Positions 16,061-20,103 of a DNA stretch of 20,103 nucleotides are shown one piece after another. The stretch is from the NCBI GenBank assembly GCA_031366795.1, contig JANLOX010000414.1:1-20103 (forward strand). Direction: 5' to 3'. The notes under the pieces are model-generated. The model saw only the letters and a list, made by a program, of their open reading frames with translations, made no database searches and was not told the DNA's origin. A program made the position numbers and the translations under genes. The DNA is from Candidatus Eiseniibacteriota bacterium (lineage in GTDB: Bacteria; Eisenbacteria; RBG-16-71-46). The first letter of the stretch is position 1, and the number at the start of each line of letters is the position of its first letter.

Positions 16061-16089
16061 TTGATCCGCCACCGCGCAGCACGGATGAT
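16061..16089 (+). promoter_or_regulatory. Candidate promoter for a leaderless transcript of the FAD oxidoreductase
   Basis: TTGATC (16061-16066), 17 bp, GATGAT (16084-16089), 6 bp, ATG 16096. No Shine-Dalgarno is present. Confidence 0.4.
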
Positions 16090-16095
16090 GGGCCC

Positions 16096-17343
16096 ATGAC
16101 TTCCCAATTTGAGACACCCGCATCCGTGTGGTGGAACCAGTCCGCAACGCCCTACCCCTCGCTCGTCTCCCGCGCCGAAGGTGATGTCGTCATCATCGGC
16201 GGTGGCATCACCGGCGTGACGCTCGCATGGACGCTCGCCGCCATGGACGTGCGCGTCGTGCTCGTGGACGCCAGTTGGATCGCCGGCTCCGCCAGCGGCC
16301 GCAACGCCGGCTTCCTGATGGCTGGCCCCGCCGAGCCTTACTCCGAACTGATCGCCATGTACGGTCGCGCCGGCGCGCGCGCCGTGCTGCACACCGGCCG
16401 CCGCAATCACGAACGCATCCGCACGCTGATCGCCGAGCACGGCATCGAGTGCGAGCATCGCATCCGTGGCAGCGTTCGCCTGGCCCGCACCGATGAAGAA
16501 GCCGAAGACCAGCGCGCCTCGTTGCCGCTGTTGCGCGAGGACGGCAACCGCTCCGCCGAAGTTCCGGTCGCGGACGTGGTGCCTGCGCACACTGCCGGCT
16601 CGTTCCGCGCCGCATTCTTCGATCCCGACGATGGCGAGATCCATCCGGTCCGCTTCCTGCGCGGGCTTGCCGCCTCGGCGACCACGCGCGGCGCACAACT
16701 CTATGAGCACTCCGCCGCGACGGGGGCGCAATGGTCGCCCGCCGGCTGGGAAGTGACGACAACGCAGGGCGTCGCCGCGGGCCGCGTGCTGGTGCTCGCG
16801 ACCAACGCGTTCTCGCCGCAGCTGTGTCCCGTGCTCGAACCGCTGATCAAACCGCGCCGTGGCCAGATGCTCGCGACGGCACCGCTGGGACGCGAGATCA
16901 TCACGCGCCCTACCTATGCGCACTGGGGCTATCAGTACTGGCGGCAGACACAGGACGGACGGCTCGTCATCGGCGGCTGGCGCGATACCGATCTCGACGG
17001 CGAGACCGGCTACAGCGACGCGACGAGCGAGAAGATTCAGGACTCGATCGAAGCGGGCCTGCGCGAACTCGTCCCCGAGGGCGCCGTGATCGAACAGCGC
17101 TGGGCGGGCACCATGGGGTTCTCGCGCGATGGCCGTCCGCTGGTCGGCTGGCTGGATGCAGACCGCCACCTCGCCGTGTGCGCCGGCTTCACCGGGCACG
17201 GCATGGGCATGGCCGCCGCCTGCACCGAGGGACTCGCGGACCTGCTGGCGTTCCGCGATTCACCCGGCATCCAGAGCTTCGCCCCCTCGCGCTTCCCCGA
17301 ACTCGCCAAGCACCAGGGACCGTTCATCGCCGTGCCGCGTTAG
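16096..17343 (+). CDS. FAD-dependent oxidoreductase, DAO/PuuB (gamma-glutamylputrescine oxidase)-like family
   Basis: DVVIIGGGITG, GSASGRNAGF, IHPVRFLRGLA, LATNA, YWRQTQDGRLVIGG, WAGTMGFSRDGRPLVG, GFTGHGMG. Confidence 0.88.
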   Translation: MTSQFETPASVWWNQSATPYPSLVSRAEGDVVIIGGGITGVTLAWTLAAMDVRVVLVDASWIAGSASGRNAGFLMAGPAEPYSELIAMYGRAGARAVLHTGRRNHERIRTLIAEHGIECEHRIRGSVRLARTDEEAEDQRASLPLLREDGNRSAEVPVADVVPAHTAGSFRAAFFDPDDGEIHPVRFLRGLAASATTRGAQLYEHSAATGAQWSPAGWEVTTTQGVAAGRVLVLATNAFSPQLCPVLEPLIKPRRGQMLATAPLGREIITRPTYAHWGYQYWRQTQDGRLVIGGWRDTDLDGETGYSDATSEKIQDSIEAGLRELVPEGAVIEQRWAGTMGFSRDGRPLVGWLDADRHLAVCAGFTGHGMGMAAACTEGLADLLAFRDSPGIQSFAPSRFPELAKHQGPFIAVPR

Positions 17344-17349
17344 CGGGGC

Positions 17350-17355
17350 TATACT
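17350..17355 (+). promoter_or_regulatory. Candidate -10 box for the aldolase-fbp operon
   Basis: TATACT lies just after the oxidoreductase stop codon. No convincing -35. AAGGAG Shine-Dalgarno before ATG 17439. Confidence 0.3.
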
Positions 17356-17438
17356 GCGTGCCACACACCGTTTGCCAACATTCCTCGGGCTGCCTTGCCG
17401 ATTGATCCGGAAACGCCCCTCACGAGAAGGAGCTCCCC

Positions 17439-18833
17439 ATGGAACTCAAGAGCCTGGATGAAATCAGTCACGCGGCTTCCGCCATGGCCGCCGGACACCA
17501 AGACGCCCTCGACCGCCTCGTCTACACCGGCGTGTTCGGCACCGAGGCCACGCGCGCGGCCGCCCGTGGCGCCGTGCTCGACCAGGCCCGCGCAGTCGGC
17601 ATCTACCCTGCCTCGATCCACGATCTCTATGTCGCGCGTGGCCGCGGCGAGGTGCCCTCGAACTTCACCGTGCCCGCCGTCAACATCCGCGGCGCCTCGT
17701 ACGACACGGCTCGCGCGCTGTTCCGCGCCCGCATCGCTCTCGATGCCGGTCCGGTCATCTGCGAAATCGCGCGCTCCGAGATCACCTACACCGACCAGCG
17801 CCCCGAGGAGTACGTGTTCGTGTTGCTCGGCGCCGCATTGCGTGAAGGCTGGCGCGGCCCGGTGTTCATCCAGGGCGACCACTTCCAGATCAGCGCGAAG
17901 AAGTACGCGACCGATCCCGCCGGCGAACTCCAGGCGGTGAAAGACCTGAGTGCCGAAGCCATCGCGGCCGGTTTCTACAACATCGACATCGATACCTCGA
18001 CACTGGTTGACCTCGACCAGCAGACGCTCGAGCAGCAGCAGGCGAACAACGGCGAGCTGTGCGCAGAGTTGACGGCGTTCATCCGCGCGCACGAGCCCAA
18101 GGGCGTGACGGTGTCGGTCGGCGGCGAGATCGGCGAGGTCGGCGGCAAGAACTCTACCCCTGAGGAACTGCACGCCTTCATGAAGGTGTACCTCACCGCC
18201 ATGACGAAGCTGGCGGCCGGCAAACCCGGCATCAGCAAGATCTCGATCCAGACCGGCACCAGCCACGGCGGCGTGCCGCTGCCGGACGGCTCGATCGCCC
18301 AGGTCAACGTCGACTTCCCCGCGATCGAGAACCTGTCGCAACTCGCGCGCGACCAATACGCCTTGGGCGGCGCCGTGCAGCATGGTGCCTCGACCCTGCT
18401 GGCCAACTTATTCGACCGCTTTGCGGCGCTCGGCGCCGTCGAGATCCACCTGGCGACGGAATTCCAAAACATGCTGCTCGACCACCCGAGCTTCCCCGCC
18501 GACTTAAAGCGCGTGATCTACGAGAAGCTGCGCACCGCCGCGGCCGACGAGCGCAAGGCCAACGACACCGACGAGCAGTTCTTCTACAAGACGCGCAAGA
18601 AGGCGCTCGGAATGTTCAAGCGCGAGATCTGGGACATCGCTCCCGATGCCCGCCAGGCGATTCGCGACACGCTCCAGCAGAAATTCGAGTTCCTGTTCGG
18701 CACGCTGGCGCTTAAAGGTACTCGTGCGTTGGCGGAGAAGTACGCGCCGTTCGTTCCCTCGACCTTCCCGCAGTTGGGCCACGGCCTGGCGGCCGGGCGT
18801 GGACCCGAGGACGTCAGCGGGCTCTCAGACTAG
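17439..18833 (+). CDS. fba: Class II (metal-dependent) fructose-bisphosphate aldolase family protein
   Basis: VPAVN, IQGDH, IDIDTS, GGEIGEVGG, GTSHGG, VQHGAS, IHLATE. Directly upstream of fbp. Confidence 0.85.
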   Translation: MELKSLDEISHAASAMAAGHQDALDRLVYTGVFGTEATRAAARGAVLDQARAVGIYPASIHDLYVARGRGEVPSNFTVPAVNIRGASYDTARALFRARIALDAGPVICEIARSEITYTDQRPEEYVFVLLGAALREGWRGPVFIQGDHFQISAKKYATDPAGELQAVKDLSAEAIAAGFYNIDIDTSTLVDLDQQTLEQQQANNGELCAELTAFIRAHEPKGVTVSVGGEIGEVGGKNSTPEELHAFMKVYLTAMTKLAAGKPGISKISIQTGTSHGGVPLPDGSIAQVNVDFPAIENLSQLARDQYALGGAVQHGASTLLANLFDRFAALGAVEIHLATEFQNMLLDHPSFPADLKRVIYEKLRTAAADERKANDTDEQFFYKTRKKALGMFKREIWDIAPDARQAIRDTLQQKFEFLFGTLALKGTRALAEKYAPFVPSTFPQLGHGLAAGRGPEDVSGLSD

Positions 18834-18878
18834 TCCGGCCTAAACACACCGGAACCAGCTCCCCTAGGGAGATCCTCC

Positions 18879-19928
18879 ATGTACGCTCGAGCCGTCACGC
18901 TGTCGCAGTTCATCATGCAGCAGGAGCGCACGAACCCGGGAGCCACGGGCGAGTTCACGAGCGTACTCCACGACATCCAGCTGGCGGCGAAGATGATCAA
19001 CCGCGAGGTGATTCGCGCCGGGCTGACCGATGTGCTCGGTTATACCGGCGCGCAGAACATACACGGCGAACGCGTGCAGAAGCTGGACGTGTTCGCGCAC
19101 CAGACCATCTCGCGCGTATTGGGCTCGACCGGCCAGCTCGCGGTCATGGCATCGGAAGAAGACGAGAATATCATCCCGGTGCCGAAGGACATTCCGCTCG
19201 GGCGCTACGTCGTCAACTTCGATCCGCTCGATGGCTCATCGAACATCAACGCCGGCGTCAACATCGGCACGATCTTCTCCGTGCTGCCGCGCGTCACGGT
19301 CGACGGCTTGGGCCAGCTCGAGGATTGCCTGCAGCCCGGCATGCACCAGGTCTGCGCCGGCTACGTGATGTATGGCTCGTGCACCATGCTCGTATACACG
19401 ACCGGCCATGGCGTTCACGGCTTCACGTTCGAGCCGGATGTCGGCGAGTTCCTGCTCTCCTACCCCGAGATCCGCACGCCCGAAAATGGCCGCATCTACA
19501 GCGTGAACGAAGGCAACTACGCGCGCTGGTCTGACGAGATGAAGCGCTACATCGACTGGCTCAAGGAAGAGAACGAAGATGCCGGCCGCCCCTACAGCGC
19601 GCGCTACATCGGCTCGCTGGTCGCCGACTTCCATCGCAATTTACTGTACGGCGGCCTGTATCTCTACCCGAGCGACACCCGCAACACGAAGGGCAAGCTG
19701 CGGCTCTTGTACGAGGCAGCACCCTTGGCATTCATCGCCGAACAAGCCGGCGGCGCCGCCAGTGATGGGAAGTCACGCATCATGGAACTCTCGCCCCAGT
19801 CGCTGCACCAGCGCACACCGCTGTTTATCGGCAGCAAGCGCGATGTCGAGGATTGCGTCAGCTTCCTGCATGGCGAGCATCCGGCGCTGGCGAGAGAGCG
19901 GCGGGAACCGAGGGTGACGGGGCGGTAG
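18879..19928 (+). CDS. fbp: Class 1 fructose-1,6-bisphosphatase
   Basis: GERVQKLDVFA, ASEE, FDPLDGSSNI, YSVNEGN, RYIGSLVADFHRNLLYGG, GKLRLLYEAAP. Confidence 0.97.
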   Translation: MYARAVTLSQFIMQQERTNPGATGEFTSVLHDIQLAAKMINREVIRAGLTDVLGYTGAQNIHGERVQKLDVFAHQTISRVLGSTGQLAVMASEEDENIIPVPKDIPLGRYVVNFDPLDGSSNINAGVNIGTIFSVLPRVTVDGLGQLEDCLQPGMHQVCAGYVMYGSCTMLVYTTGHGVHGFTFEPDVGEFLLSYPEIRTPENGRIYSVNEGNYARWSDEMKRYIDWLKEENEDAGRPYSARYIGSLVADFHRNLLYGGLYLYPSDTRNTKGKLRLLYEAAPLAFIAEQAGGAASDGKSRIMELSPQSLHQRTPLFIGSKRDVEDCVSFLHGEHPALARERREPRVTGR

Positions 19929-19957
19929 CGGGCGGCGGCGCGGCGATTGCGGCGAGA

Positions 19958-20101
19958 TCAGTCGCGAGCGCGTTCCCGCACGAAGGCCACTCCCAGCACG
20001 ACCAGCCATAGCGGCAGCACGTAGTTGTTCACTTCCGCGATTGCGCCCACGGCCGGCGTGACGTTGCGAAACATCGCGATGAAGCCGAAGGCGCTTGCCG
20101 C
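19958..20101 (-). CDS. C-terminal fragment of a membrane protein (start lies beyond the window)
   Basis: Own translation: AASAFGFIAMFRNVTPAVGAIAEVNNYVLPLWLVVLGVAFVRERARD*. Hydrophobic, with G/C-rich third codon positions, and convergent with fbp. Confidence 0.65.
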   Translation of the reverse strand, partial: AASAFGFIAMFRNVTPAVGAIAEVNNYVLPLWLVVLGVAFVRERARD

Positions 20102-20103
20102 CA

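Noticed and set aside
678..18383. Many long overlapping or antisense ORFs (e.g. 678-1901 -, 2731-3777 -, 3564-5183 +, 13730-15097 -, 16033-17199 -, 17349-18383 -)
   Set aside because: They are Arg/Ala/Gly-rich shadow frames of well-supported genes, as expected in high-GC DNA, and contain no recognisable motifs.

Overview
High-GC bacterial chromosomal window with about 19 genes. No rRNA, tRNA, CRISPR array or transposase is visible. In order: a 5'-truncated TonB-dependent receptor and a LytTR response regulator (+); a GlpT/UhpC-type MFS transporter (+) converging on a ~10-TM membrane protein with DMT/SLC35B-like features (-); a minus-strand run of LOG-family protein, kynureninase-like enzyme, thyX and fdhD; a Rieske ferredoxin overlapping a secreted repeat protein that ends in an 'SWGxLKxxFR' tail (+); a translationally coupled minus-strand operon for a 4-hydroxybenzoyl-CoA-reductase-like xanthine-oxidase-family molybdoenzyme (hcrC-A-B-like) with xdhC and mocA-like genes; then an FAD-dependent oxidoreductase, a class II aldolase and a class 1 FBPase (+); and the 3' end of a membrane protein (-). 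The most striking non-coding signal is a ~120-bp palindromic element present twice (5367-5487 and 10312-10430). Its cores are ~92% identical, while the outer stems differ in sequence yet each still base-pairs. Both copies sit at the stop codon of a molybdenum-cofactor-related gene. All protein assignments are by motif recognition; no database search was run.
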